64,000 nucleotides of DNA from Candidatus Woesearchaeota archaeon (GCA_964437455.1 CAYTGG010000001.1:20930-84929); one strand, 5' to 3'. Shown: positions 39,205 through 49,344, counted from the stretch's first letter. Made by a program: numbers and translations. The notes: generated by a model from the sequence alone, not told the origin.

Positions 39205-39367
39205 CATAATCTTTTTAGAATTATCTAGAATTATTTAGAATTATCTCAGAATTATCTCATAATCTTTTTAGAATTATCTTAGAATTATCTTAGAATTATC
39301 TCATAATCTTTTTAGAATTATCTCATAATCTTTTTAGAATTATCTCAGAATTATCTCAGAATTATCT
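39205..39367. repeat. Two-unit ~11-bp tandem repeat array
   Basis: 11 copies of AGAATTATYT(Y) interspersed with 4 copies of CATAATCTTTTT. Confidence 0.92.
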
Positions 39368-39751
39368 ATCTTCATATATTGGAAGATTAACTACTTTTCC
39401 TGCAACTAGTTCTTTTCCATTATTAAATCTATGTTGAATATAAGGATAAATTTCATCTGCTCTTATAGTTTTTAATTTATTAAATTTTTTTTGTAAATCT
39501 TTTGCATATTCTAAATAAGTGTCGTTTTTTTCAATATTCTTTCTTTCTGTTCCTACATAATCTTCTAAAATCTCTGATGCTTTTGGAGAGATAGTTGACA
39601 TCCTTTCTGATAAAACTTCTTCTAATTTAGTAGATTTTTTATTTTTGTCAGGAAAAACATTTTTAGGAAAAAAATTCTCAAGATTATCACATCCAGCTAT
39701 TGCTAAAAGAACTAATATTGAACTTGCATAATCTGTTATTCTTTTTTTCAT
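39362..39751 (-). CDS. Lipoprotein with degenerate LysM-like C-terminal domain
   Basis: Lipobox-like LAIAGC; IEKNDTYLEYAK...FNNGKELVAGKVVNLP resembles LysM consensus. Confidence 0.55.
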   Translation of the reverse strand: MKKRITDYASSILVLLAIAGCDNLENFFPKNVFPDKNKKSTKLEEVLSERMSTISPKASEILEDYVGTERKNIEKNDTYLEYAKDLQKKFNKLKTIRADEIYPYIQHRFNNGKELVAGKVVNLPIYEDR

Positions 39752-39866
39752 ATAATTTTAAGAAAATGTTATTTTATAAATCTTTCTATTTGTTACTACT
39801 ACTTAGAGAATAAGTTTTCCTTTTTATTATCATTAGTTTTTTATACTAATTTCTTTTTTTATTTTT

Positions 39867-41147
39867 ATGAATTCCAAAATTGAATTTGGAGATAAAGTTA
39901 GAATTATTCTTGCAAAAGAGGAATATGAAGGAATTCTATTAGAATCTCCAAAATCTGAGAAGAATCTTGTTCTTTTAAAATTGGATTCAGGATATAATAT
40001 AGGATTTGATAAGAAAAAAATTTTTAATATAGAATTAATAAAAAAAAGAGAATTAGAAGAAGAAGTTCTAAATATAAAGAAAGATTCTTCAAAGCCAAAT
40101 ATAGCAATGATTATTACAGGAGGAACTATCGCATCTCGTTATGATTCAAAAACTGGAGGAGTCCGTCCTTTGGATACTCCTGAATCTCTTTTTAAATTTT
40201 ATCCTGAAATTTTTGAGAAAGTTAATGTTTTAAAAGTTGAAATTCCATTTATGAAAGCTTCTGAGGATATAGAATTTAAAGATTGGAAAAAGATTGCTAA
40301 ATTAACTGCAGAACTTTTAAATGATTTTAATATTAAAGGAGTTATTATTACACATGGAACTGATTTTCTTCATTATACTGCAGCTGCTTTATCTTTTTTC
40401 TTAAGAGATTTAAATAAGCCAGTTGTTTTAACTTATTCCCAGAGAAGTATTGATAGAGCAAGTAGTGATGCTAATCTTAATCTGCAATGTTCTGCTCTTG
40501 CAGCTATTTCAGATATAGCAGAAGTTATGCTAGTAGGACATGCTTCTACAAACGATAATTTTTGTTATGCTATTCCTGGAACTAAAGTAAGAAAAATGCA
40601 TACATCAAGAAGAGATGCATTTAAACCAATAAATTCTTCTCCCCTTGCTAAAATTTATCAAGATAGAATTGAGAAAATCTCAAAACATAAAATTAGAAAT
40701 AAAAATAAAATTAAAGTAGATGCTAAATATAATGAGAAAGTTGCTCTAATAAAATTTTATCCAGGACAGAATCCAAAAATTCTAGATTATTATTTAAAGG
40801 AAAAATACAAGGGAATTGTTATTGAAATGTCTGGTCTAGGACATGTTAATACAAAGACTACAGGAAGTTCTTGGATTAAAAAATTAAAAGAAATTCAGAA
40901 TAAAGGAGTAATTGTATGTGCGACTTCTCAATGCATTTATGGAAGAGTGAATCCTTTAGTTTATTCTAATGGAAGAAAAGTGTTAGAAACAGGAGTTATT
41001 TATTTAGAGGATATGCTTTCAGAAACAGCATTAGTAAAACTTGGATGGATCTTAGGACATAAGGAATGGATAAAAGATAAGAAGAAAATAAAAGAAAAAA
41101 TGTTAGAGAATATTTCTAATGAGATAAATGAGAGATTAAAAGAATAA
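39867..41147 (+). CDS. gatD: Glu-tRNA(Gln) amidotransferase subunit D
   Basis: KLDSGYNIG, TGGTIASR, HGTD, SQRS.DR..SD, RKMHTSRRDAF. Confidence 0.96.
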   Translation: MNSKIEFGDKVRIILAKEEYEGILLESPKSEKNLVLLKLDSGYNIGFDKKKIFNIELIKKRELEEEVLNIKKDSSKPNIAMIITGGTIASRYDSKTGGVRPLDTPESLFKFYPEIFEKVNVLKVEIPFMKASEDIEFKDWKKIAKLTAELLNDFNIKGVIITHGTDFLHYTAAALSFFLRDLNKPVVLTYSQRSIDRASSDANLNLQCSALAAISDIAEVMLVGHASTNDNFCYAIPGTKVRKMHTSRRDAFKPINSSPLAKIYQDRIEKISKHKIRNKNKIKVDAKYNEKVALIKFYPGQNPKILDYYLKEKYKGIVIEMSGLGHVNTKTTGSSWIKKLKEIQNKGVIVCATSQCIYGRVNPLVYSNGRKVLETGVIYLEDMLSETALVKLGWILGHKEWIKDKKKIKEKMLENISNEINERLKE

Positions 41148-41531
41148 TTATCTTCTTTTTTCTAGTAATTTTTTTATTTCTCTAATTTCTTTTTCTGCTT
41201 TTCTGTTTAAAGCATAATCATATTCAGATCTGATTCTATCTCTTTGTGCTTGTCTATTCTGACTCATTAAGATTACTGGTGCTTGAAGTGCTGCTAAACA
41301 AGATAAACATAAATTCAGAATTATAAATGGCCAAGGATCCCAATGTTCAACATAAGCAGTTATATTCAGATAAATCCAAATTGAAATTAGTACTCCTATA
41401 AATATAATAAAAGACCAACTTCCTGCCCATTTAGTAAGTCCATCTGCTGCTTTCTGTCCAAAGGTCCTTGGAATTTTAAGAATAACAGGAATTTCTTCAT
41501 GCTTCCTCTTTTTTTCTCTTTTTTTTATCAT
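41148..41531 (-). CDS. DUF1003 membrane protein
   Basis: GSW.FI, DPWPFIILNL.LS..AA.QAP.I.MSQNRQ. Confidence 0.92.
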   Translation of the reverse strand: MIKKREKKRKHEEIPVILKIPRTFGQKAADGLTKWAGSWSFIIFIGVLISIWIYLNITAYVEHWDPWPFIILNLCLSCLAALQAPVILMSQNRQAQRDRIRSEYDYALNRKAEKEIREIKKLLEKRR

Positions 41532-41655
41532 CTTCAACTTTTTATTATTAAATAAATAAGATTGTTTCTATTTTTATAATTATCTAATAGTAATTTTAAA
41601 TTTTACTGATATTCTTTTTAATAAATTTTATTAACTCTCTTTCTCTTTTTAAATA

Positions 41656-43095
41656 ATGGAAAAAGAAGAATATACAAAATTAGGTTTTAAATGTGGACTA
41701 GAAATTCATCAACAATTAGACACTAATAAACTTTTTTGTTCTTGTCCTTCTGTTTTAAGAAGTGATAATCCAGATTATACTGTAGAAAGAAGACTTCATG
41801 CTATTGCTGGAGAATCAGGAGAAATAGATATAGCTGCTAAACATGAAGCTGAATTAGGAAAAAAGTTCTTTTATCAAGGATATGATACTACTTGCCTTGT
41901 TGAATTAGATGAAGAACCTCCTCATAAATTAAATAGAGAAGCATTAGAAATAACTTTACAAATATCAATTTTTCTTAAAGCTAAAATCTCTTCTTTTAGC
42001 CAAATTATGAGAAAGACAGTTATAGATGGAAGTAATACTACTGGATTTCAAAGAACTGTTTTAATAGCAAAAAATGGATATATTGAGACTAGTCAAGGAA
42101 AAGTAAAGATTGAAAGTATTTGTCTAGAAGAAGATGCTGCTAGAATTATAGAAAGAGATAAAGATAAAGTTATTTATCGTCTTGATAGACTAGGAATTCC
42201 TCTAGTTGAAATAACTACTTCTTCAGATATAAAGAATCCTGAACAAGCAAAAGAGGTAGCATTACTTCTTGGAAATATTCTGAGAAGTTGTAAAGTAAAG
42301 AGAGGAATAGGAACAATAAGACAAGATGTAAATATATCCATTAAAGGACATCCAAGAGTAGAACTTAAAGGAGTTCAGAATATGAAGACTTTTATAAAAA
42401 CAATAGAAAATGAAGTTGAGAGACAAAAAAATAATATCAAAATTAAAAGATTATTCTCTGAAGTAAGAAGAGTAAATATAGATAGTAATTCAGAATTTTT
42501 AAGACCGGTTCCTGGAGCAGCGAGAATGTATCCTGAAACAGATTTGCCTTTATTAAAAATTTCTAGAAAATTGATAGATAATGCTAAAAAGAATCTTCCT
42601 GAGTTGAGAACAGATATAGAGGATGAATTGAAGCAAAAAGGATTGAATTCTGAAATGATTAAACTTCTTCTAAAACAGAATAAACTTGAAGAGTTTAAAC
42701 AACTTTTAGAGATAATTCCTAAACCAAAATTAATTGCTAAGATTCTTTTAATTTTTCCAAAAGAAATATCAAGTCATAAGAAAATTTCAATAGAGAGGAT
42801 AAATAAGATTCTAGAAGAACAAATTTTTGATGTTTTATCTTTAGTTAAAAAAGAAAAAATTTCTGAGTCTCAAATTAAACATATTTTAGAAGAGATTATT
42901 GAAGGGAAAAATTTAGAAGAAGCAGTGAAAAATGAAGAAGTTGATATGCTAGATGTAGAGGAAAGGATTTTAAGAATAATTAAGAGTAAACAAGGACTTT
43001 CTGAAAAAGCTTATATGGGTTTGGTTATGAAAGAACTAAAAGGAAAGATAGATGGTAAAAAAGCTTTTGAAATTATAAAAAAATATCTTAAATAG
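41656..43095 (+). CDS. gatE: Glu-tRNA(Gln) amidotransferase subunit E (compact)
   Basis: GLEIHQQL, DEEPPH, IDGSNTTGFQRT, GTIRQDVN, PGAARMYPETD. Confidence 0.95.
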   Translation: MEKEEYTKLGFKCGLEIHQQLDTNKLFCSCPSVLRSDNPDYTVERRLHAIAGESGEIDIAAKHEAELGKKFFYQGYDTTCLVELDEEPPHKLNREALEITLQISIFLKAKISSFSQIMRKTVIDGSNTTGFQRTVLIAKNGYIETSQGKVKIESICLEEDAARIIERDKDKVIYRLDRLGIPLVEITTSSDIKNPEQAKEVALLLGNILRSCKVKRGIGTIRQDVNISIKGHPRVELKGVQNMKTFIKTIENEVERQKNNIKIKRLFSEVRRVNIDSNSEFLRPVPGAARMYPETDLPLLKISRKLIDNAKKNLPELRTDIEDELKQKGLNSEMIKLLLKQNKLEEFKQLLEIIPKPKLIAKILLIFPKEISSHKKISIERINKILEEQIFDVLSLVKKEKISESQIKHILEEIIEGKNLEEAVKNEEVDMLDVEERILRIIKSKQGLSEKAYMGLVMKELKGKIDGKKAFEIIKKYLK

Positions 43096-43140
43096 GAATT
43101 TTAACCAAAAATTAATAAAGAGTATTTTTATTTTATTATT

Positions 43141-43449
43141 ATGAGTCCAACAACTATAAGAGGAATTATTAAAACATCTATTGTTACTGCATTTACTATT
43201 ACAGCTGCGTTAATCTGGAAAGAGGTTTTTTCAGAAACTATACATTTATTTTTTCCTCAAAGTACTCTTTTTTATGAATTTTTAGGAGCTGTAATTATAA
43301 CTATTTTTGTTATAATTGCTATATATATAACTCTAAAAACTGAACATGAAGCTGGAGTGATTCTTGAGGGTATAAAAAGAATGAATAAAAATAAAAGAAA
43401 ACAGATTATCAAAGAAATTGAAAAAAATAGAAAGAAAAATATAAAATAA
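43141..43449 (+). CDS. Small two-TM membrane protein (DUF5654-like)
   Basis: TAF...AAL.W motif. Confidence 0.6.
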   Translation: MSPTTIRGIIKTSIVTAFTITAALIWKEVFSETIHLFFPQSTLFYEFLGAVIITIFVIIAIYITLKTEHEAGVILEGIKRMNKNKRKQIIKEIEKNRKKNIK

Positions 43450-43501
43450 ACTGAAGAAAAATAACCAAAACTTAATAAATAATATTCTTCTTTAAATAAA
43501 T

Positions 43502-44773
43502 ATGAAAAGAACTTATATTAATGAACTAAATATTGGAAAAGAAATTTTATTAAAAGGATGGGTTCATGAGATTAGAGAATTGGCTAAATTAAAATTTATT
43601 CTAATTAGAGATTGTACCGGAGTTGTTCAAACTGTTTTTAAAAGTAAAGAACTTATAGATAAAATTTCTAATCTTAGTTTAGAAAGTATAGTTGAAATAA
43701 CTGGAATAGTTAAAAAAGCAAAGATTAAAGCAGATCTTGCAGAAAAAAACTTTGAAATTGAAGTTTCAGATATTAAAATTTTAAATAAAGCAGAAAAGAC
43801 TCCAATTCATGTTAATGAAAAGACAACTATTACAGACTTATCAAAAAGATTGGATTATCGTTCTCTTGATTTGAGAAAACCAAAAATTTCAGCTATCTTT
43901 AAAATTCAGTCAGAAATTGCAAAGTATTTTAGAGAATATTTTAATAAAAAAAATTTTACAGAAGTTTTTCTTCCAAGCATTATTTCAAATTCAAGTGAAG
44001 GAGGAACTGATTTATTTTCTGTTAATTATTTTGAAAAAAAAGCATATCTTGCTCAGAGTCCTCAGTTATATAAGCAAATGATGGCTTGTTCTATTGAAAA
44101 TGTTTTTACTATATCTCCTGTTTGGAGAGCTGAGAAACATAATACAATTAGACATCTGAATGAATCTCGGCAAATGGATATTGAGATGGCTTTTTCTAAT
44201 CAGTTTTCTGTTATGAAGGAACTTGAGAAAGCTGTTGTTTATATTGTTAAAAATATTTTAAAAAGCTGTGAAAAAGAGATTAAATTACTTAATTTAAATC
44301 TGGAAATTCCAAAAGCTAAATATCTAAGTTATGACGAAACTGTTAAAATTTTAAATATGAAATACGGAGAAGATTTAACTCCTGAAGATGAGAAAACTCT
44401 TAATAAAAAATTTCCAAATTCATTAGTCTTTGTTCATTCCTGGCCTGTTGAACTTAAACCATTTTATATTATGCCCAAAAATGAAAATATTAATGCGAAA
44501 TTAAGCGAGGGTTTTGATTGTATTTATAGGGGTTTAGAAATAACTTCTGGAGGACAAAGAATTCATATTCCTCAATTACTTGAAGAAATGTTGAAAAAAA
44601 AGAAGTTAAATCCTAAGGATTTTAAAGATTATATTGATAGTTTTAGATTTGGAAGTCCACCTCATGCTGGTTGGAGTATTGGTCTTGAGAGAATCACTCA
44701 GTTAATTACTGAGCAGAAAAATATAAGGGAGGCTTGTATTTTTCCAAGAGATAGAACAAGAGTAAGTCCATAA
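43502..44773 (+). CDS. aspS: Aspartate--tRNA ligase (archaeal type)
   Basis: GWVHEIR, LAQSPQLYKQ, RAEKH.T.RHLNE, SGGQR, PPHAG..IG.ER. Confidence 0.93.
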   Translation: MKRTYINELNIGKEILLKGWVHEIRELAKLKFILIRDCTGVVQTVFKSKELIDKISNLSLESIVEITGIVKKAKIKADLAEKNFEIEVSDIKILNKAEKTPIHVNEKTTITDLSKRLDYRSLDLRKPKISAIFKIQSEIAKYFREYFNKKNFTEVFLPSIISNSSEGGTDLFSVNYFEKKAYLAQSPQLYKQMMACSIENVFTISPVWRAEKHNTIRHLNESRQMDIEMAFSNQFSVMKELEKAVVYIVKNILKSCEKEIKLLNLNLEIPKAKYLSYDETVKILNMKYGEDLTPEDEKTLNKKFPNSLVFVHSWPVELKPFYIMPKNENINAKLSEGFDCIYRGLEITSGGQRIHIPQLLEEMLKKKKLNPKDFKDYIDSFRFGSPPHAGWSIGLERITQLITEQKNIREACIFPRDRTRVSP

Positions 44774-44807
44774 TGCTTATGTATCTTTTTTTAAAATAAT
44801 ATTTTTA

Positions 44808-45386
44808 ATGAATTCAGTAAAATTATCTTTAAATAAAATATTACATAAAAAACAGGAATATGTTAAGTTAATTTCTAATGAATTGGGTTTTGAAATAACT
44901 GGATTAGAGCATAAAATTTCTACAGATACCTGCTTTGAAAAAGCAAAGTTATTAGGATGGAAAACAAATCGGATTATAAAAGCAATTTATCTGAGTAATA
45001 GGATAGAGAGATATGGATTTATATTTCCGGAATTAGGAGAAGGAATATCTCCTCAGAGAATTTCTACAGAGAATCTTTCAGAATTGTTAGGAATATCAAA
45101 AAAGAAAGCAAAAAGTTTCTGTAATATTGATTGTCCTGAAGGAATGGAATGGGGGACTTGCACTCCTTTTGTTTTTGATAACGCTTTTGATAATAATTTG
45201 GATGGAAAATTAAATCAGCTCTTTTATCATAATTTTGATTCTTTAAATTGTGAAAATGTTGATATCTCTATTGGAGGTTTTGGTGAAAGAGCTCATAGGA
45301 TCTCTCTTCATTTGCAATATAAAGGAATTTACGAAATATTGAAATATAAATTTGGAGATAAGATTACTAAAACAGAATTATTTTAA
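44808..45386 (+). CDS. YbaK/ProX-like (aminoacyl-tRNA editing) domain protein, divergent
   Basis: A..LG...RIIKAIY and GME.GTCTPF resemble the INS-superfamily K and GxxxP motifs. Confidence 0.55.
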   Translation: MNSVKLSLNKILHKKQEYVKLISNELGFEITGLEHKISTDTCFEKAKLLGWKTNRIIKAIYLSNRIERYGFIFPELGEGISPQRISTENLSELLGISKKKAKSFCNIDCPEGMEWGTCTPFVFDNAFDNNLDGKLNQLFYHNFDSLNCENVDISIGGFGERAHRISLHLQYKGIYEILKYKFGDKITKTELF

Positions 45387-45420
45387 AAACATTTAAAAAA
45401 AACACTTCCTCTAACTTAAT

Positions 45421-46713
45421 ATGGAATTTATCTCTATTGAAGAAGCAATTAATAAAAAAAAAGGTAATGTAGCTGTAAGAGGATGGGTGTATAGAGAGAG
45501 AGGAAGTAATGAAATTAAATTTATTGTTCTTAGAGATTCAACAGGAATTGTACAGTGTGTTTTATCTAAGAAAAAATTTGAATCACAGTGGGAAGAAATT
45601 GATAAACTTCATATAGAAAGTTCTATTGAGATTTATGGAAAAATAAAAGAAGATAAAAGAGCTCCTACAGGATATGAAATCGAAGTTGATAAAATAAACA
45701 TTATTGGAAAAGCAGAAGAGTTTCCTATTCAAAAAGATTTGAATGAGGAGCTTTTAGGAGATAGAAGACATCTTTGGTTGAGAAGTCAAAAAATGAATTC
45801 TATTCTTAAAATAAGAAGTACTGTTTTTGGAGCTCTACATGAATATTTTAGAAGTAAAGGTTTTTATGAGTTTCAGAGTCCAATAATAATTCCTGGAGGT
45901 GCAGAAGAAGGACCTACTTTATTTGAAATTAATTATTTTGGGAAAAAGATGTATCTAACTCAGACATGGCAGTTATATGCTGAAGCTGCAATTTATTCTT
46001 TAGAAAAAGTTTATTGTATAGCTCCTTCTTTTAGAGCTGAAAAATCAAAAACTTCTCGCCATCTTACTGAATATTGGCACACTGAAATGGAAGTTGCTTG
46101 GGCAAATCTAGACGATATTATGAATTATGCTGAAGAGATGGTTAAATTTGTCTTGAAGAAAGTTTTAGAGAAAAATAAAAAAGAATTGAAAATTCTGAAA
46201 AGAGATATCAAAAGATTAGAACCTTCTCTTAAAAAGAAATTTTCTAGAATAACCTATGATGAAGCATTAAAACTTCTTAAAGAAAAGAAAAAAATAAATA
46301 TTAAATGGGGAAAAGATTTGAGAACAATAGAAGAAGAGAAGCTTATGGAACTTTATGATACTCCTATCTTTGTTACTTCTTATCCTAAAGAAATAATGGC
46401 TTTTTATAAACCAAGAGATTCGAAAAATCCTAAAACAGCTCGTTGTTTTGATATGCTTGCTCCTGAAGCAAATGGAGAGTTAGTTGGAGGAAGTGAAAGA
46501 GATATTAATTTAGATGAGCTTAAAGAGGCTCTAAAATCAAAAGGAGAAAACTTAGAAGATTATTCATACTATTTTGAAACACATTCTTATGGGGCTGTTC
46601 TCCATGGAGGTTATGGTTTAGGAACTGAGAGATTAATAAAATGGATTTGTGGTTTGGATACAATAAAAGATGCAATTCCATTTCCAAGAACTGTTAGCAG
46701 AATGAAACCTTAA
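45421..46713 (+). CDS. asnS: Asparagine--tRNA ligase
   Basis: RHLWLR, LTQTWQLYAE, FRAEKSKTSRHLTEYW, ELVGGSER, D.IPFPR. Confidence 0.92.
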   Translation: MEFISIEEAINKKKGNVAVRGWVYRERGSNEIKFIVLRDSTGIVQCVLSKKKFESQWEEIDKLHIESSIEIYGKIKEDKRAPTGYEIEVDKINIIGKAEEFPIQKDLNEELLGDRRHLWLRSQKMNSILKIRSTVFGALHEYFRSKGFYEFQSPIIIPGGAEEGPTLFEINYFGKKMYLTQTWQLYAEAAIYSLEKVYCIAPSFRAEKSKTSRHLTEYWHTEMEVAWANLDDIMNYAEEMVKFVLKKVLEKNKKELKILKRDIKRLEPSLKKKFSRITYDEALKLLKEKKKINIKWGKDLRTIEEEKLMELYDTPIFVTSYPKEIMAFYKPRDSKNPKTARCFDMLAPEANGELVGGSERDINLDELKEALKSKGENLEDYSYYFETHSYGAVLHGGYGLGTERLIKWICGLDTIKDAIPFPRTVSRMKP

Positions 46714-46714
46714 A

Positions 46715-47191
46715 ATGAAATATGTAAAAAAAAGAGATTTAGTAATAATTGGCATTCTTTTAATACTAATTCTTGTTCTAACTATTTTGGTAGTTGATTA
46801 TTCTAAAACTTATTTTTCTAGATCAACAGGAGTTGATTTTGATGGAGATGTTGAATTTAATGAATTTCTCTTAGAAAAAGATATTTCTTCTAATGATTCC
46901 TCCTCTTTTAAAGATAAAGTGATTAGTTATGGATGGATTAATGATTCTATTCTTGAAATCAATGCTTCTTTATTTCTTGTTTGTGGTTGTGAGAAGATTA
47001 AAAAAGTTAATTATATGATTTACTCTGATAAAAATTCTCTAAATAAACTTGCTATTTATTATGAAACTTTTATTGATAATGAGGAATCATGTGCAAATTG
47101 TGTTCTTCCACATGGAATTAGATTTAGAGTAAGAGATATTTCAAAAGAAGATTATGACATAATTTTAGTAAAATTTCATGAATCATCTTGA
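46715..47191 (+). CDS. Hypothetical membrane-anchored exported protein
   Basis: N-terminal TM; CGC and CANC pairs in beta-rich domain. Confidence 0.65.
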   Translation: MKYVKKRDLVIIGILLILILVLTILVVDYSKTYFSRSTGVDFDGDVEFNEFLLEKDISSNDSSSFKDKVISYGWINDSILEINASLFLVCGCEKIKKVNYMIYSDKNSLNKLAIYYETFIDNEESCANCVLPHGIRFRVRDISKEDYDIILVKFHESS

Positions 47192-47234
47192 GATATAAAA
47201 TTTCTTTATAATCATCTATCTAAAATTTTGGAAA

Positions 47235-47669
47235 TTATTGAATTTCAAGAATTTTTACTTTAAAATTTAAATTTTCTCCTGCTAAAGGATGATTTAAATC
47301 AATTGTAATATTCTCTTCTGTAACTTCTGTAACTTTTACTGGAACCTGATTTCCTTGAGGAGTTTGTAATCCTAAAATACTTCCAGACTTAACTTTTTCT
47401 CTTGCTTCTTCAGGAAGCTGTTGCTTTGGTACTTTTTGAATCAATTCTTGTTTTCTTTCACCATAAGCATCTTTAGATTCAATTTTTATTTCTTTTTCTT
47501 GTCCCTCTTCCATTTCTTTAATGGCATTCTCAAATCCTGGAATAACTTTTCCTTCTCCAATTGTAAATTCTAAAGGCTGTCCGTGTCTCTCAGAGCTATC
47601 AAAAACTTCTCCACTATCTAATTTACCTTCATATTCAATCTTAATTTTTCTTCCGTTTTCTATAGTCAT
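47235..47669 (-). CDS. slyD: FKBP-type peptidyl-prolyl isomerase (SlyD-like)
   Basis: G.VFDSS, IPGFE, AYGER, DLNHPLAG..L.F.V. Confidence 0.93.
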   Translation of the reverse strand: MTIENGRKIKIEYEGKLDSGEVFDSSERHGQPLEFTIGEGKVIPGFENAIKEMEEGQEKEIKIESKDAYGERKQELIQKVPKQQLPEEAREKVKSGSILGLQTPQGNQVPVKVTEVTEENITIDLNHPLAGENLNFKVKILEIQ

Positions 47670-47793
47670 TTTAATACTTTAATAAACAAAAAGAACTTGT
47701 TTATACTAAAACCAAAAAAAAGAGTCTTTTAAATTTTTTGGTTTTCATATTTTTAAATTAAAAAATCTATAAAATAAAATTAATATTTATAAT

Positions 47794-48831
47794 TTATAAT
47801 TTTAAATACTTAAACTTTAATAAAAATAAAAATTCATCTTCTTTTTCATCATCTGAACGATAAGATGTTTCAAAAGAAAAATTTTTAGCTTTAGATATTT
47901 CCTTTACAAAATTAAGATTAAAACCCATCTTTTTAATCTTCCATGAATAAGAAGTTTCTAATTCAAATTCTAATTTTGGATTTATCTTATAATTCATTAC
48001 TATTTTATTGTAATTGTCTTTTCTATCAAAATTATATTCATTTTTTGCTAAAATTGAGAGTTTATTCTTTAGAAAATTCTTTTTTGCTTCAAGATTTATT
48101 TCATCATTCATAAAATTAAATGATAATGATGGACTTATATTTCTATATTTTAGAGAAGTATAAAAGTTTATATCATATTTTCTTATTTTTAATAAATCTT
48201 CTAACTTCTCTGGAGGATTTTCTATATTAAATCCTGTCTCTAATCTAAATTCTAGATTCTTCTTTTTTTCATTTTCTTCTAGTTCTAATCTTTTTTTATT
48301 TGCAAGATAAAACAAACCCATTGATTCTAATTTATTGACTTCTTCATCTAATCTATCAATTTTAATATCAAGAGGATCTATCTTTCTATTTAGTGATATT
48401 GGGTTTATTTTCATTTTTTTTCCTTTTATTTTCTCTAATCCAATCGTGGTTATTCCTTTAATTTTTTCTTTAAGATTATTAAATATTTTTGTCTCTCTGA
48501 CAATTTCTCCAATAGTGTCTAAATAAGCTTCTTCAGTTGAGTCTTTTACTCTATCAATCCAGTTTTTAGTCATATCTGTTAAAGGAGTGTCTTTCTCTAA
48601 ACTATCTATTAATTGGAGAGGTATTTTTGGAATAACTCCATTTTCCCATAGGTTAATTCTAAATTCATAATCTAATTTTTTTCTGAATTTTTCTTTTAAA
48701 TTTTCTTCCTTTTTTGAATTCTGAGTTTCTAAATTATTAGTATTTTTAGAATAAATATAATCAGGATTTGAAAGAGAAATGATACTTGCTAATATCAAAG
48801 GCAAGATTATTTTATTAATATTTTTCATCAC
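47794..48831 (-). CDS. Exported protein with C-terminal amphipathic beta-strand (beta-barrel-like) region
   Basis: Signal-peptide-like N-terminus; about 9-10 alternating hydrophobic strands ending EFLFLLKFKYLKL. Confidence 0.6.
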   Translation of the reverse strand: MMKNINKIILPLILASIISLSNPDYIYSKNTNNLETQNSKKEENLKEKFRKKLDYEFRINLWENGVIPKIPLQLIDSLEKDTPLTDMTKNWIDRVKDSTEEAYLDTIGEIVRETKIFNNLKEKIKGITTIGLEKIKGKKMKINPISLNRKIDPLDIKIDRLDEEVNKLESMGLFYLANKKRLELEENEKKKNLEFRLETGFNIENPPEKLEDLLKIRKYDINFYTSLKYRNISPSLSFNFMNDEINLEAKKNFLKNKLSILAKNEYNFDRKDNYNKIVMNYKINPKLEFELETSYSWKIKKMGFNLNFVKEISKAKNFSFETSYRSDDEKEDEFLFLLKFKYLKL

Positions 48832-48880
48832 TTAAGAATGATTAATCATCATTTATAAAGTTTTTTTATTAACCAACTTT

Positions 48881-49165
48881 TTAACTATAGAATTTATTCA
48901 TTGCTTCTTTAAGCTCTTTCTCTAAAAAGTATTTTCTTCTATGAAATATCTTTTTTTCTGATAAAATCTCTTTTGTATTTTCTAGATTTTTAATACCCTC
49001 TGATATTTCTGAGGAATATATTCCAGGAATTTCTTTTAAATCTTTCTTTGTTAATCCCTCATTATTTCTGTCATTATTAAATAAAGCATATGCTATGACA
49101 ATTCCTGGATTGGGTTTTGACCATACTTTTGGATTCTGTCTTTCAAATTCTTCTAAAATTCTCAT
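48881..49165 (-). CDS. Small winged-helix-like protein
   Basis: GLTKKDL...SEISEGIKNLE....I......RKYFL pattern. Confidence 0.5.
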   Translation of the reverse strand: MRILEEFERQNPKVWSKPNPGIVIAYALFNNDRNNEGLTKKDLKEIPGIYSSEISEGIKNLENTKEILSEKKIFHRRKYFLEKELKEAMNKFYS

Positions 49166-49344
49166 AAAATTACTCTTTACTTTATCTTTTTAATATTTTC
49201 GGTTTTCTTATTGATTATTAATATAAATCTTAGACTTGAATATTCTTCTGAAACTTTTATTTTTGTTAATAAGAGATTATCTTAGAGAAATAGAGATAGA
49301 AGTATTATTGAAAGATTTTTAAATAGTTATTTCTCTCTAAAAAA

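Noticed and set aside
39205..39367. Possible CRISPR array (also 36414-36467)
   Set aside because: Units are 11-18 bp, contiguous, with no unique spacers and no cas genes in the window.
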